Below the pieces are notes generated by a model that was not told the origin of the DNA, made no database searches, and was given only the letters and a program-made list of their open reading frames with translations. From Antedon mediterranea (taxonomy: Eukaryota; Animalia; Echinodermata), in the NCBI RefSeq assembly GCF_964355755.1, contig NC_092673.1:7626001-7690000 (forward strand): 64,000 nt of DNA, written 5' to 3'. Made by a program: the position numbers and the translations under genes. Positions 22,468-37,300 of the stretch are shown in pieces. Positions within the stretch are counted from its first letter, which is position 1; each line of letters opens with the position of its first letter.

Positions 22468-25400
22468 CTGCAAAAACAAAAGTAACAAGCTGATTATCTT
22501 CTATTCCAAATAATGCAATACAGTATATACTGTACATCTCTTTCTAGATAGATGGTTTTATTGGACATGTGTGTAATAGGGATCACCCAAATTTACAATA
22601 CATCGTTTTCTACTAATTTTCTTCTCAACCAATATGAATACAGTCAACTCTCCCTGGATTGAATACCAGGTCTAATTTAAAATCTTTTTTTTTATTTGTA
22701 AAAAAGAAATTGAGATCTCTTGGACCTTACAAGCGTTTCATGAACTCTGATAATTTGTTGGGAGGGTCAACTATATTACCATTTTCAATCACCCTTTATT
22801 ATTTACTTACTTATTTAGAATTCTGTAGACCCAAACATTTTTTATAAGATTTATATATGGAGATAATTTTTCCATTAGTCTGAATATTGAATGCTCTATT
22901 TAACAAAGCAGGCTTTCAATAAACAGGTTTAAACTTAGTTAGCAACAAAAATGGTCATAACATGATTTGAACCTAGTATTTTAAACAAGAGCATTAACCT
23001 AACGGTTACATTACTATTTATAACAAAGTGGTAGTAATAGTTGCCATAATTAGTCGGTATTACTCCATTTAACTGGTGATGTCATCCAGTTAACATCTGT
23101 ATTTAGTAAACATTAATATCCTGACGTGGCCTTCACCCGATTTAAGCTGATAGGACTAGACACTAAGTCGTCCCCAGTAAAAATTCATGAGTTACCCAGC
23201 TTATAAACTACAGCTGACAAGCTCTTAGTCAGATAGGAGGGTGATTTTGTTTAATACTCAGTACTACTGTACAGTCATGGACCTATGCTATATAGTATAG
23301 GCATGACAGAAGATTTATTGTGGTAAATCAAATCTCTCTGTTACTACAAACTAGTTCAACAATAGCATAGTAAAAGCAAAATTTAGGATTAACTTTAAAA
23401 CTGATGATGTTATCAAAGAAAGTACAGCATAGAACATCAAGTATATTCAGGGTAAACCCCATGAAACAAATAAGGGGCCTAAAATACATGTTTTAACACT
23501 AAGGCCAAGCACTCACTTTTATGGGTCCCAAAATAATTACAATTTGTACAAATTATTGCAACAAAGTTAATGTATTAATTTATCAATTTGGATAGAAATG
23601 AGGCTACTAGGAATGAATAATAAATCTTTAAGCTTTTGTGCATTTATTTTTCTCTCTTAAATGTTAACAAAATCTTAAATGTATAAATAATTCACAATTG
23701 CAGGTTTTATTATCTGTTACCTTGCACAATAATTATATAATAATTTCTCGTCAATTCTAAAAAAACCAGACTACACAAAAACAAGCATCTTGTCAACAAT
23801 TTATTTGAATTTTTATTAAGAATTTGAAAAGGGTTAAATTGTTCATACTTTTAGAAAACAAGACAAGTTTAGGCCATTAGGCCGAGCAGTGGCTTGTATT
23901 GTATTTGTATTTGAAGATGTATGGTGTCAAAATAAATACAAGCCAGATACTTTTTATCATTTAATACAAAAATAAAATTCAAAAGGAAATTCAGTTTTAC
24001 TAAAATAAAAGTTGACTGTGTACGAATTAATTTGGATTTGTTGAATTTTATAAGTCCCTTAATTTTCGATATCCCATTTTGTTTGTGCAAATCTTAAAAA
24101 TTAAGTATGTGCAAAACAAAGGTATAAGAATTACAAACATGTAAACATTTTAAATTACCAATTTTATGTAAACTGCCTCGTTTACAGAGTTGCAGTAATT
24201 GCCGAAAACTGGAAGGCACAGTGGCATTTTTAAGCATGATTGATGGCCTATTTCAATATATTCATGGGATTCTCAATTTATTCATGGGTAGTAAATACCT
24301 ATTTGAATCTATTTGAATAAGTTTTGTTCTTTTTTGTTTAAAATTCGTAGAATATACACAATTGTTCCATAAACCATCGATATTTTTCGCATCCTTTTCA
24401 GAAACATTTGGCTTAAAAAAAAGGGTTGAAATTTTAATTAAATGCCTTCAAATTGAAAATACTGTAATATCTTACTGTATATTAACAGTAGCCAGCCATT
24501 AGACTCCAGGGTTGGTTTATAATTTAGGATATAAAGTGCTATATAAATGTTGAATTTTATAGGACTTTTTTTAATGTTGATGTTACCCAAGCAATTGAGA
24601 TGTTTGATGTTGAATTTTTTCAAATTTTATTTTTGTCGATTTTTGCCAAAAAAATTAATAACAACCACTGATCTAAAATCTAAAATAAAGATATTTTAGT
24701 GACTGTGTAGTAAATAATTTTTATTTTTTTTAAAGAAAATGCAAGATGAAAAGTAGACTTGGCTGTATGCTGTATTTCTTGACCAGTTATTTTTTTTATA
24801 TGAACCATGTTTTTAAAGTGTTCACGTTAGCCATTAATGAGAGGCATTAAATTCATTTACATTAAAAACATCCAAATGAAATAATTTCTCAACACTGTAA
24901 CATTATTCCAACTGTCAACATGATTATCATAGCCATATACATACATCCCATACACACGTTCTTCGCACCATTCTCGGTCTTATAAGCGCAATTAATACAT
25001 CTTTTCGATCATCGCTTCAAAAGTGAAAGTAGTTTGGTGGATCGAGTGCACATATCTAGTGTGATTTCTAGACTCATGACCTAATGTCATGTCATTTCCT
25101 TTGTTGTTGTAGAATTATACGGCTGGATACTGTACAACATTTTTGACAATTGAATATACAAAAAATCTAACAAAAACTTAACTTTTAACTTAAGTTAAAA
25201 GTATTCCATGTTGTAAGGATCAGATAATAAATTTCTTCCAGACTCTTTTTCTTATTATTATAAGTTATTAAAATAAACAGGGGACACTCCTATTAAGGAG
25301 ACATTTTCAACGAACAAAAGACAATTGTATTTTAATACTATGGCTAACAGCCTGGCCACCCACGTTAAGGACACACTTTGATGAGTCTCAAAGTTGTCCG

Positions 25401-27662
25401 TTATCCCTTAATGGGGGATTGTATTCAAATATTAAATAAAGCATGTCATGAAATCAAACTTCCTATAAACATTGCCCTAGGTCTCTAGTTATAGGGACTA
25501 CGCAAGGATGGGAAGCGCTGGATGATGGCAATTACTAAAGCCTACTTTTAGACGGCGCATGCCCCAGCCTTCTGTACAACGTTTTCTAGGAGCAATAAAC
25601 TACATATTTGCTGTCAATTCAAAATGTCGAGATCACTTGTGAAAACAACTATTATTTTGTAATAAAATGTCTTAATGTTGTGTTTATAAAATGAACATTT
25701 CAATGCCATAAAATGTGGAGGGTTAGTGGGATGGTTATTGGTTCAATAGGAATAAAATGTCACACTCCAATGAACAAAGACACTCTGTTCACCAGCTCCC
25801 TCCCGTCCCCGACGCATCAAGCAGTTTTCATTTCGGTTTTTTTTTAATGCAAACTAAAGCTGAGAAGTATTATGTATGAAATGCTATTAGTGCCAAACTA
25901 TCTAACTTTTTAGCAATATTAAGTAAAACATAGACTACTATTAAAAACTGGTGGCAGCACTGACATAAAGTTGCTAAGGACATATTTATACAGTAAAAAT
26001 ATTCAACAAACAAAAAACATGTTTGGTTTTGAAGACAATGTATGCATTTGAAACATTCGTTTTTTTTATACTCATGAAAGTTTTAATTTTGTTTTATTAG
26101 AATGCAACAGAACGTTGCCGTATTATCCTTTTAAAGCCTTTAACCTTCTGCGGGCCTCGTTCGTTACCATGTGTTCACCGCTAAGTAAGAATGCATTATT
26201 GCTATGTGTTTTTACTGTTCTCTCGTGTGCCGATCTGTGTAGTAATGGGCCGCCGTATACTAGAGCGGATAACGCTTTTAAGCCCAAGGGGTACGTAGAT
26301 GATCCTCTTCAACGAGCTCTCTCCCTGGGGTTGGACCTGAATCATAGGACATTGTCAATTTTTCACATTAATAATTTTAACTAATGATTGTACGACAGGC
26401 ATAAAACGCTACAAAAACTAATTAATATATGTCATTAATGTATTTCTTTATTGAATATCTTTCATATTAACTTATGGTATTTACTATACTTCTACAATAA
26501 CCAATTATGATTACAATGAAGTGAATGTTTAAGTTAATATTTTTTAGTATGCCTACTATTCTAATGTATTAATGTTAACTATATTGTATATTTTAAACAT
26601 ATTTTATCAAATGTTATTGTCCCGGCTGCCACGACCAAAAGAATTTCCAAGATTTCTTTACATTTTTGGAAATAATAATATATGTATGATGCTAAATATT
26701 TGGACATGAACAACAGCACATTTAAACATTCAACAACAAATAAAAATACTCTAAAAAGTAGGCCTACTGTAGAATTAGAATTCTAACTATCAACTATAAT
26801 AGAATAGAAATAAAATTAAAATATCAAAACAATGCTCTAAAATTATAATCAAAAACATATTTTATAATCTACTGTAGGACTAACTTTTTTGTTTTAATTA
26901 TTCACGAAATATTTTATTTCATCAGTACATTTTACTAGCTGTGCATTAAGTGAATGTTGATAGATTGAATTTTTTTCCTCGTTGCAATTTACCCAAAATG
27001 CATTGCAATTCATAGGCTATAAATCAAGAATGATGGTATAGCGAAGCTTGAAATTCAAGCATGGATTACAAAAATATTCAATTGAGTTAAACACCGCTTT
27101 CAATTACAACCATTTTCAGTATTCAATTTTAATGGCTATGTTCTGTATCTCTCTAATTTTAGATGCTTTTTTTATTGAGGTTTCATCAGATTTTCAATAA
27201 ATGTGATCTATTATTTTAAATACCAGTACATTTTCACACACTCATTTTTTTTTTAAACCAGTTTCATTCTACAAAGTGAAGTTATTTCTACTCTTATTTT
27301 ATTTCTACATTGAAAAAACAATTTTTTTTTTAAATTAATATATTATGATTATTACATTTAATGCCCATATATCTAATCTTAACAGATTGTTGAATACCAT
27401 GGTGCTTGGTGTTGTTTTTTAAAAATTCTGTTGTTTGTTAAATGTTTGTATTTTATGCTAAAAATGTATTTTAATAATGATGATGATTGTTATTTTTTTT
27501 TATTTATTGTAATTTTACTGGTTTTATCATTTTTTTAAACTTTTAATGTTTTTTTTTTGTCTTTTACCATTAATTTAATGTACAGTAAACAACAATGCAA
27601 TTTGGTTATTGTATTTCTGCGATATTAATAAAGAATATAAAATACAAGTTACCTCTGTCTAT

Positions 27663-28428
27663 GGTCGTGTTTATACAACACCCTAAATTTGAACACGGCT
27701 TTAATTTTTAGCGTGTTGTTCGGACCGAGGTCAACCCACCTTAACGTTTGCTGTTATACTAGAAATCACGATACCGTGTTATACCGGAAGTTTCATCAAC
27801 ACGCAGTGCATGCTAGGATAAAAGGTCAAATCGTTGATCGCGCTTGAATTGGCTGAGTTGTCAACAATCATCGTCGCCTCCTCGCTGTCGATTCGCGCGG
27901 TTTTTACCATTTTCATTATATTGTACGGTATTCGTTCACGTTTGCATTGTTGTTTATTTTGTTCTCGGTTCATTTAAATTAATAAAAGTTATTTTAAGGG
28001 TTTCATTCTTTCATCTATACACTATGGAAGAAGATGCCATTTTTGCGATGTTATTTTTTTTATTCTGTTTGGAGTGGGAAACGATAGATGCCTACTACCA
28101 CTACGAGTTGGCCCCACTAGACTAGGCGTAAGACGTGGTAGGAGGATGATTGCTGGCAGCGAAGCAGCAATAAATGGGCCCAATCTTGTTAGCAATGTCG
28201 CATGACATGATTGATATTACGACCTGTTTTAACGAGAGGTCAAAATATACCCTGAGGACACTTCCAACACGGTAACGGCGACCGGGAATCCACCAAATTT
28301 TAGGATTCAGCCAAGTAGCCTTTTTTGCAATTAAAATCTCATTACACGGAATCTCTTTGTTGTTATACAACACACTTTTCGTAGGCGTGTAGAATATGCG
28401 TGTAATAGCGTGTTGTATAAACGCGCCC
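27663..28428. mobile_element. PIF/Harbinger-like non-autonomous element, 766 bp
   Basis: TIR GGTCGTGTTTATACAACAC / GGGCGCGTTTATACAACAC (17/19); TAT duplicated at 27660-27662 and 28429-28431. Confidence 0.8.
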
Positions 28429-30280
28429 TATGTGGTTATGTTTTCACACCACTTTGTTTGTCTATTTGTTTCACAGTATTTTACTGTTCATTTAAATTTT
28501 TTTCAACCTCAATTTTGTCCTAAATTCTTTAAATTGAGTTCCTAATTTCATTGAATTTTTAAATGACAAAAATCATCTTCCATAATCTGTTTATTGCTTG
28601 TTTTGGTGTATGTATGTATGATACTAAACTTTAAATTATTGTTACTTGGTACTAAAACAAGGCCAAGGTTATAAAATACAATTACTGTTGTATCACATTC
28701 TTTGCAAGTTCACAGCCACACCACTTTTATTCATCTACACAACTGAAACAACTTGACTGTTGTAAAACCATACCCAACCCATTGTCTGACTGAAGAAAGG
28801 GGGTTTGTGAAATTCAACCTACTTTGCACATGTTTCAAACCGTTTAAAAATATTATTTGTCACGAAAAGCAATGAATGCAATTTCCAAGGCCGATTAAAT
28901 ACCGCATCTCTAATGCTCTTCTTATAAATAATTTGTTAGATTGGTGGCGGAGAGATTCTAAAGCTCCGCTTTTTATTTTACATAAATACGTATGCAAAAT
29001 TTACAAAAATACCTTCAGGATATACACCAATAAGGAGTTAAGACGTTTTGGTAATCACAGACAAGATGTACGCTAACGAGACAAAAGTTGATTTGCATTC
29101 AAATAAAGACGAGAATCATTAGTCGAAGGTGATACCAAGTGTACAATAATCCGAGCAAATATTTTAATTGGTTTTAAAATACACAACTACAATGTAACAT
29201 ACGACTATTAATCATTCACGCGATACATCATTTTATGCATAATCAACCGGTTATGATCTTTTCAAACAAAATAACAAATTTTGGCGTTTTTAATGATTTC
29301 AAAGCGTTGTTTTACCCTTTGGCTTCAAACCATTTGCATCTCGTTAAAGCAAGGTTTCTACAGAAATCTACATAAGTATGATATTTGTGCCGTTTAACTA
29401 TATTCAATGAATAATTTACTGGGAGTTGTTGCTATAGTATTTTTTCACTACAAAGAGTTGGATTTGTTACTTGCGGTCATTTTCGGTGATTATTGAAAAT
29501 AGAACAGGGTTCAACAAAGAATCATTAATACTTATCTCATGCATCAAAAGTCAAAATTAAATCTTGCTAGGTCATTAACAAAAGTTAAAAGCTATTCATA
29601 TTAACACATTAATTTGTATTAAAACTGTATGTAACAAAAGTTCATGATGAAAAAATGTTTAGGAAGATCTTAAAAAGAATAATAAACACATTACTACAGA
29701 AGTAACATGATTTATGATTTAATATTGTTCTGTATTATTTATTTGTATACAAAATGTAAGAATAAGTGTACAGTGACAACATTCCCTCTGTTAAAGGGAC
29801 ACTTTCTCTCCTAACAAGGGGAGGGAGGATTTATATTTGAACACTACACCCAACCCCTATTTGTTATACATGTAAAAAAACATTTTTTTTTAATGGAATT
29901 TTTACTTTTAGGATTTACTTTAACAATAAAATAAAATTATACGTTATTAAATTGTGTATTGTGCAATTGTAAAAACATACATTTTTAGTATACTTTTGTC
30001 AGATAAAAACTATTTATTATATAACTGGGTCATGTAGAATAATGCGATCTGTTCTTCCCCTTGCTTTTATATACAAAGTAAAGTTCACCAGACTGTGAAA
30101 TCTGAATAAAAGAGGATCTACTACAGTATTACTATTGTGCTCTAAACAATGCCACGGATCAGTATTAGGAGATATTGTAAAAATTATATTCAATATTCAA
30201 TGGTGAAATGATGAATCAAACTTGTCTGACTAGGCCTTAAATAGTTTATTATAGTATCATAACACACGATACAAATATTG

Positions 30281-30675
30281 TTTCTAACAAAAATGTTGGA
30301 TTTCCTATATAATACTGTAGGTCTATCAATACTTCTTATACATTTTCTCACCTTTAATACTATCCATACATGTACATGTACATAGACTTGTACTACCCAG
30401 TCATTGTTAATAGTGCTAGCTGATATTTTAATTAAAATTTCTAAAAATAAAAATGCAATGAAAAATATAGGATATTCGGTTAAGTTCAACGTTTCAATTT
30501 TAGGCTCTTGGCATCTTCCTCCCCCATTTCAAAAACCTAGATTCGCCACTGAAAGTTTTAATATAAACTATTATTTATTATTATGTATAAATGTATAGAA
30601 AGTATGGTGAAAAAAATTTAAAAGTATTGATAGACCTACAGTATTATAAAGGAAATCATTCATTTTTGTTAGAAA
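30281..30675. repeat. Long inverted repeat, ~90-bp arms with ~220-bp spacer
   Basis: 30281-30371 versus 30591-30675; perfect 27-bp core 30308-30334 / 30622-30648. Confidence 0.85.
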
Positions 30676-33554
30676 ATCTTTATAAAATACTACTGTAAGT
30701 TAATAAAGTTTTTTATGCAAACTTTTTAAATTAGTGACTTGTAATTTTTGAAATGATGAAATAAAGCAATTTTTTTATCAATTATTAATATTGCTGATTT
30801 TAGTTTTGGGTATCACTGTCGATATTTTGATGTAGTTTTTAATAGTAAGCTTTTTCTATAATAACACATACATTAAATGGTAATTAGAAAATTGAAAAAT
30901 AAATCTACATCCTAACTGTATTGGATGATGCCATAAAACGAAATTAACAAATCCTATTTTGAATTCCCATGATAAACCTAAAGGATTAAAACGTACAAGC
31001 AATTTAGTAGTGTATATTAAAATCATACAATGAACATTTGATGATAAATCTAGTACACGCGTCAATGTGTTCCCTACTAACGTGTAATCAGGATTAACGA
31101 GTCTGAGTGGCGAATCTTTACCCCCTCCTCGTCTCGTTGTAACAGACACTAGGACAGGTGTCTCCATACTCAATTGTCTAGAGTGCTAAGTTCCTATATA
31201 GGGAGGGTACTTGGCTTAGTAAGAGCCACTCAACTTTGCGACATCAAGATCTGTCAAAAACGGATGTAGCACTCTCACAGAGTCAGGCAATCGCCTTACA
31301 TGGGTTAGTAAACTCGGAAACTTTTTCAAGTGATTTTCTTTTTAAATCTATAAGCCTTTAAACAGGTATTTTTGCTAATGCTTTCTGCTTCTCCTAGCTG
31401 CTTTAACTAATTGATCTCTCTCATACATCTCATGGACAACACAAGCCTACCACAATCCTAGTGCTAGCTCACTTTTAAATCCTTATAACTCTATATTTTC
31501 GCGACTACTCTGTTTACTGATTAAAATTCTAATAACTTTATCTGGAGTTATTTATAAATTACAGTAAGTTGAATTTCTTTATTTCATTCAAATCGACTGA
31601 TTGCTATTATAAAACACTGGGTAAAGCCTGCAGATCAATCATGCATGTTGAAATAGGAATAATATCAAAATTACTGATCCCCGATTTCACAAAAAAAGTT
31701 ATATTTGATAACAGAAAACTGACTATATTGTGAATTCAATCAAACTACAGTTAGGTATACTGCAGAGCAGTATAGTTTTAAATTGTTAAAAAAAACTTAC
31801 TAAAAGTAATCAAAAACAATAAATAAATCTAATGTATCATAAATAATAATTAATATAATTTAACTTAGTAATAACAGATTTTAAATAAAGAGGAATTGTT
31901 TTTGTTTTTTTACTGACATGTTACATCAGTGTGTTTGTTTGTATAATTACCGGTAAATGGAATTTGTGATAAAGTCAATGTCATTTTAGCCCAATCACCT
32001 CCGCCAATGAGTTCGGAAGGTGTATGCATATCATTAGCATAAAATTAACATATCATTAACAATTTTTAACAGAAACGCTTGTGATGTAGCAGAGCATATA
32101 GAAGTCGTTGACATTAATGGAGTGATGATGAATAGTCATGGGTATATAGCTTAAAGGGACAATGTATCAAAATGACACTCTACTCCACACTTTTCGCAGT
32201 TTCATATCTCGTTAAAGGTAATGTAGGTAGGTGAATCAAATTAATATTAAGACTTTTACAGTTAATAGAAAAAAACAATTTTCTTTTTCTGAATTATAAA
32301 TGATGGTTCAGTTAATAACATAACATACATCAACAATAATAATAGACATCTATTATCGGCAATATCATTTAAAAGATCTTTTCGACAAGATTGATTAAAA
32401 CATTTGTTATATATCAATTTGCAGAGTAAAAGAAACTAGTTATTTCAATAAAAAGTAATAACCAGTACGCAAGTTTGCATATGACATAGAAACTCACGGA
32501 GAATAAATTTTAAAAAGTTGTGAATTCCTGTCCCACACCTTATCTACTAAAGTGACATGATTTCAATCTCTTAAACCACAGACTCATCACACTGGACAAA
32601 CATTCTAAATAATGTTCAATTTTAAGCCCATTAAGTCCCATGGCTTATTTAAGCTAGCACCGTAGAAAACACATTTGCACGCAGAATGTTGCAGTGTGTT
32701 ACTTATGGGAATACACATCACTGATACAAGCTGGCGTGGTGTTGTATGAGAATTGTTAAATAATAGCATAATATATTTTTATTGGTAGATTTTTGATACG
32801 GTCAATATTTTATGTTGGGAAGGTGGCTGTGTTTACATAGTCTTCAATGAGTTATGGTTAAAATGAGTATAAGTGAATTTTTTTAATGGAATTAGAATTG
32901 TTATACAGTACTGTGGCTTTAATGTATAAAACAAATTTTAAAAGTTTGTCAAAAGATTCTGATTCTTAAACATTTATTTCAAGAAAAAGTAACATACAAT
33001 TTTAAATATTTGTATTTATTAATAATATAATTTTTTTTTCTATGGTTAAAATTAAGGAAGACCATTATTTGAATATATATTTAATTAATTTGAATATAAT
33101 TGTTTTTTGAGAAGTAGTTTAATTTAGTATCTTTACTGTTGTATGGCATACAAGTCCAATAAACTTTCAATAAAAAACATTTTGAAGAATATTAATATTA
33201 AATTATATTAAATTTAATAATATCTCTAATGTTTGTTATGGCAAACAACAAATTCCAATTTTATTAATACTACAATGTATTTTTTTGGACATATCAATAA
33301 AATGCATTTTTTAAGAATATTTTATTAAAATTAGTTGAAAATACTAAATATGTTACTATATATTGATTAAATTGATGATCTAATAGTTTTATTTACTATC
33401 AGTATTATTATATTATATATAAAAATGTGTTGTTTGATGCACTTAACTTATCATTAATTATTATTCACAGGCTATCATGTATTCGTCAGTTAATCAACGT
33501 TCTCTTCGTTTACATCAGGATGTTTTACTGTCTCTGATTTCATCAAACTTCCTT

Positions 33555-33960
33555 AAACAATTTCCCGAATTACCCATGTTGCAGAATCAACATCTGACTG
33601 GGTGTCGGTTGCAATTTTGGCAATGCATTTACTGGCCGACACTGTGTCATAACTTTCCTATCAACACAATTCACTATTTGCCCTATTGCTTTTATAGAAC
33701 TTTTGCTTTATAGTTCAACTAGGTTAAAATAACGTACAACTATAATGTGTGTTCATCAAACAATTTCCCGAATTACCCATGTTGCAGAATCAACATCTGA
33801 CTGGGTGTCGGTTGCAATTTTGGCAATGCATTTACTGGCCGACACTGTGTCATAACTTTCCTATCAACACAATTCACTATTTGCCCTATTGCTTTTATAG
33901 AACTTTTGCTTTATAGTTCAACTAGGTTACAATAACGTACAACTATAATGTGTGTTCATC
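33555..33960. repeat. Near-perfect 203-bp tandem duplication
   Basis: 33555-33757 and 33758-33960 are identical except GGTTAAAAT versus GGTTACAAT. Confidence 0.95.
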
Positions 33961-34279
33961 GCTTGACTTGTTCATCTCTGTATTCAATTATAAAATTGTT
34001 ATTGAATGCCAAACAACATTTTCCTTCATGTTTGCAACATTGTACCTATTTATACCTCTATGCTCTACCTCACAACCTAATTATTTAAAATTCAAGTTGT
34101 TATGCCATTCACGAATAAGTAATTTAATACAATACCAAAATAATAATACCATTTCAAGTTTAACCTCAAAAATGTTATTTTCTTAATAGACTTAACAGTC
34201 AGCTTAAAAAAGAAACCCAAAATGAAATGAATGCAAAAAATGAAAATGAAACAAATACGATTATTAAAGGAAACCAAAT

Positions 34280-34391
34280 TGAATGCAAAGAAATGAATGT
34301 AAAGATATGAACGCAAAGATATGAATGCAAAGAAATTAAGATAAAGAAATAAACGCAAATAAACAAACACAAAGAAATGAACACATAAATG
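34280..34391. repeat. 14-bp minisatellite (TGAATGCAAAGAAA), about 8 copies
   Basis: Units read directly: tgaatgcaaagaaa, tgaatgtaaagata, tgaacgcaaagata, tgaatgcaaagaaa, then more degenerate copies. Confidence 0.8.
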
Positions 34392-37300
34392 AAAGAATCT
34401 GTAGAAAAGTCACTGTTATATAATTTTTAAAATGCCAAAGTTGCATTTTAACTTTGAATTTCTAAATTTCATTTGTAATTTGCGGATGAAACCAATTCCA
34501 TCAAAAAGAAAAAATTTGGATTCCAATTGAACTGCAGTGAGAAAGTACTTACAGTTTGTACATATTAATTACTACTAATTACTGACTAGTATATAAGACC
34601 TAACCTAATTTGAAAACTGTAGGATTAGCTTTTTGTTTTCTTATAGGTGTTTCAATCATTTGCCTTGAAATTAAAAATGAAAGTAGAATTAATGACAATT
34701 AAGTAATCAACATGATCCCTTAATTACAGTACATTCAATTCTACCTCAGAAACAATTTTAAATTATGCATAATTAAAGTTATTAAATAACAACTAATTAG
34801 TATAATTATTTGACCTCTGATATTTACAATTTGATAACATTGAATAGAAGCTGTTTTGATTGATTTATTTACATTTTAATTTACTTCCTTCTAATAAAAA
34901 TTAAGAGTCTACACATACTTTTTTTGTATATTTTACAAATTTACAAAACTGAAAATGAGTTTACAGTACCTTTTTAATATAAAAGTTTAAAAAAGAAGGA
35001 AACGCCCAGATTAATTGGAAAAAACATGATATTAATTACAACTGTACTGGCAATGTATACAGTAGTGAGTGGGGCACTGACCTAATGTTTCACCTAATCA
35101 TCTAATTGACACATTCGTCATTCGTTCGTAAACCTGCCAAAAGGCTCTTTACATTTTAAGGTATATTTGACATATTTTCATTTTGAAACAAATATTAATT
35201 CCATTTTATATACTGTATATTGCAATATCAATATTACAATTTAGGAAGAAAAAAAGAGATCCAATTATTAGTTCTAAGAACATTTATATATTTAAAATAT
35301 ATCTTATTGAATAAAATAAATCCTAGTAGTATATAATTATAATAAAACATACTGTACTTACAGTACTTTATTTAAAAAACGATCTCCTTGATTGATCAAT
35401 TTAATTAAGAAGTCTAAAGCTAAAATTATATAGTTTTACACTATGAACCTGTACATTATTTTTTAAAAAACGTAAAAAAACTTGTAGTTGTAGTTTGTTT
35501 TAATGAAAATTATGCAAAATAAAACCAATTGTTGTTTGTGAATCGTTTGTGGTTCCATTTGTCTACAAATGTTTTTGCACCTTTCAGGTGATGTCAAATT
35601 GGAAAACACGATTGCTAAAAATGGCTCCACTGGAACAAGACCAGAATTAATTCTGGAATTTTTTAAACAAATGACACCAATTTCAGAATTGGTTCTGTTT
35701 GTAATTTATTTTGGACACATTTCTGCTATCAGAAAAAACACATTTTAAAATGTATTCTCCTTCTTGATAGAAACAGGCTCTTAATGTCATCCCCATTTTT
35801 TTTTTTTTGGAAACTCTTAAAACATATTTTATCTTGCTGTTCTACAAACAAGCTTTAAATTTAATCCAATTTAACTATCTATAAAAATCAGACTTAAAAC
35901 ATAGGCCTGCCGTCACTGTAAAGAGAACAGTCATAAAAAACATCAATAAGATGAATTCTGTGAGATTTGAACCTTTAATCTTTAAAGCATAACATGGAAT
36001 CTATGCATCAAAGGTCATAGTTCAAAGTTTATAGCTGAGGTATTGTGGATGTAGCTAAAAATTACATAAACATAATAAAAAAAATTAAATGTCATGAATG
36101 TAATTGTGGTACAGTAGGTAGGTGATGGGCTCAAACACTTCTATCAAGCCTAGCGGGTATTTTTTGGCATTCCTTCCAGCCCAATTTCAATATAGCTTGG
36201 ACCCGGAAAAAAAACATCCAGTTATCTTAAACTTTTTCCAATTAGTCTGAACTTTTAGATTTTCAGACTTATATCCCCAAAACAAAAATTGATGCAATCC
36301 AATTGAAAACATTACTATTATTCCTCACAGTAATTTAAACAAAATCCAGATTTTTGGTAAATTAATTACCTACTTCTATTCATATTTATAGTTTAGCAAA
36401 CTAACATTTAGTGTTTATAGTACTATCATCAGAGATTAGGCCAATATTGGTTTATCCAGGTAAAAGCATGTTATCAAAGGCACTGTCTGTACTTTATGTA
36501 AAAAGGTGAGAAATCAAGCTTTCTTTCAAACTTAGTTTAATTAAACATTTTCCTTAATAAAATAATGATTGAAAGCTTTGGAATGCTTAAAAACTTTGCT
36601 GTGAAATTCAGTTTACTTTTAATAAGGTCAAAAATATTTTTTTAAGCTGTTTTGAATAATAAAAAAAATATCATAAATGAAATAAATCATACCACATAAA
36701 AACACTAATTTATCCGTCAACAATATGAAGTCTGCTAACTGCATGATCAGTATTTTACAACATGGTTGCACAGTAGTTTTAATAGTTTTTATATTTTTTT
36801 AACACCATTGTTAAGTAATATTTCATGTCATTGCAACAAATGTATACAATTAACGTGGGCAGACTTGTTTTTATATTCTAACAAGAAAAATATTTTCACA
36901 TAATTATATGTAAACTGAGAATTTGCTAAAAAATACATTAGCAACAATTAGTAAGGTGAAGATAAAATGTGTTTTTTCATTATTTGATAACGTTTATGCT
37001 GTACACTCAGCAGTATTACATAAAATAATTATGCTAATAAAGTACTATTTTTCATTAAAATAAATTAAGTTACAGAGACAGAGAGATAATTGTGAGAACA
37101 CACATTAAACATGATTAAATACAAAAATAATAGAAAAAACATACAATTTCAATAACAAACGAACTACAAACTTTGGGTGAGAAGCATCAGGGCTTAGTGT
37201 ACTGTACACAATATTTCTGAAATAATTTAACTTCCATCAGTGTAACATTTGCGAAATCAAATACACGATGCATTATTCACATCATCTATGTATAGCAATC

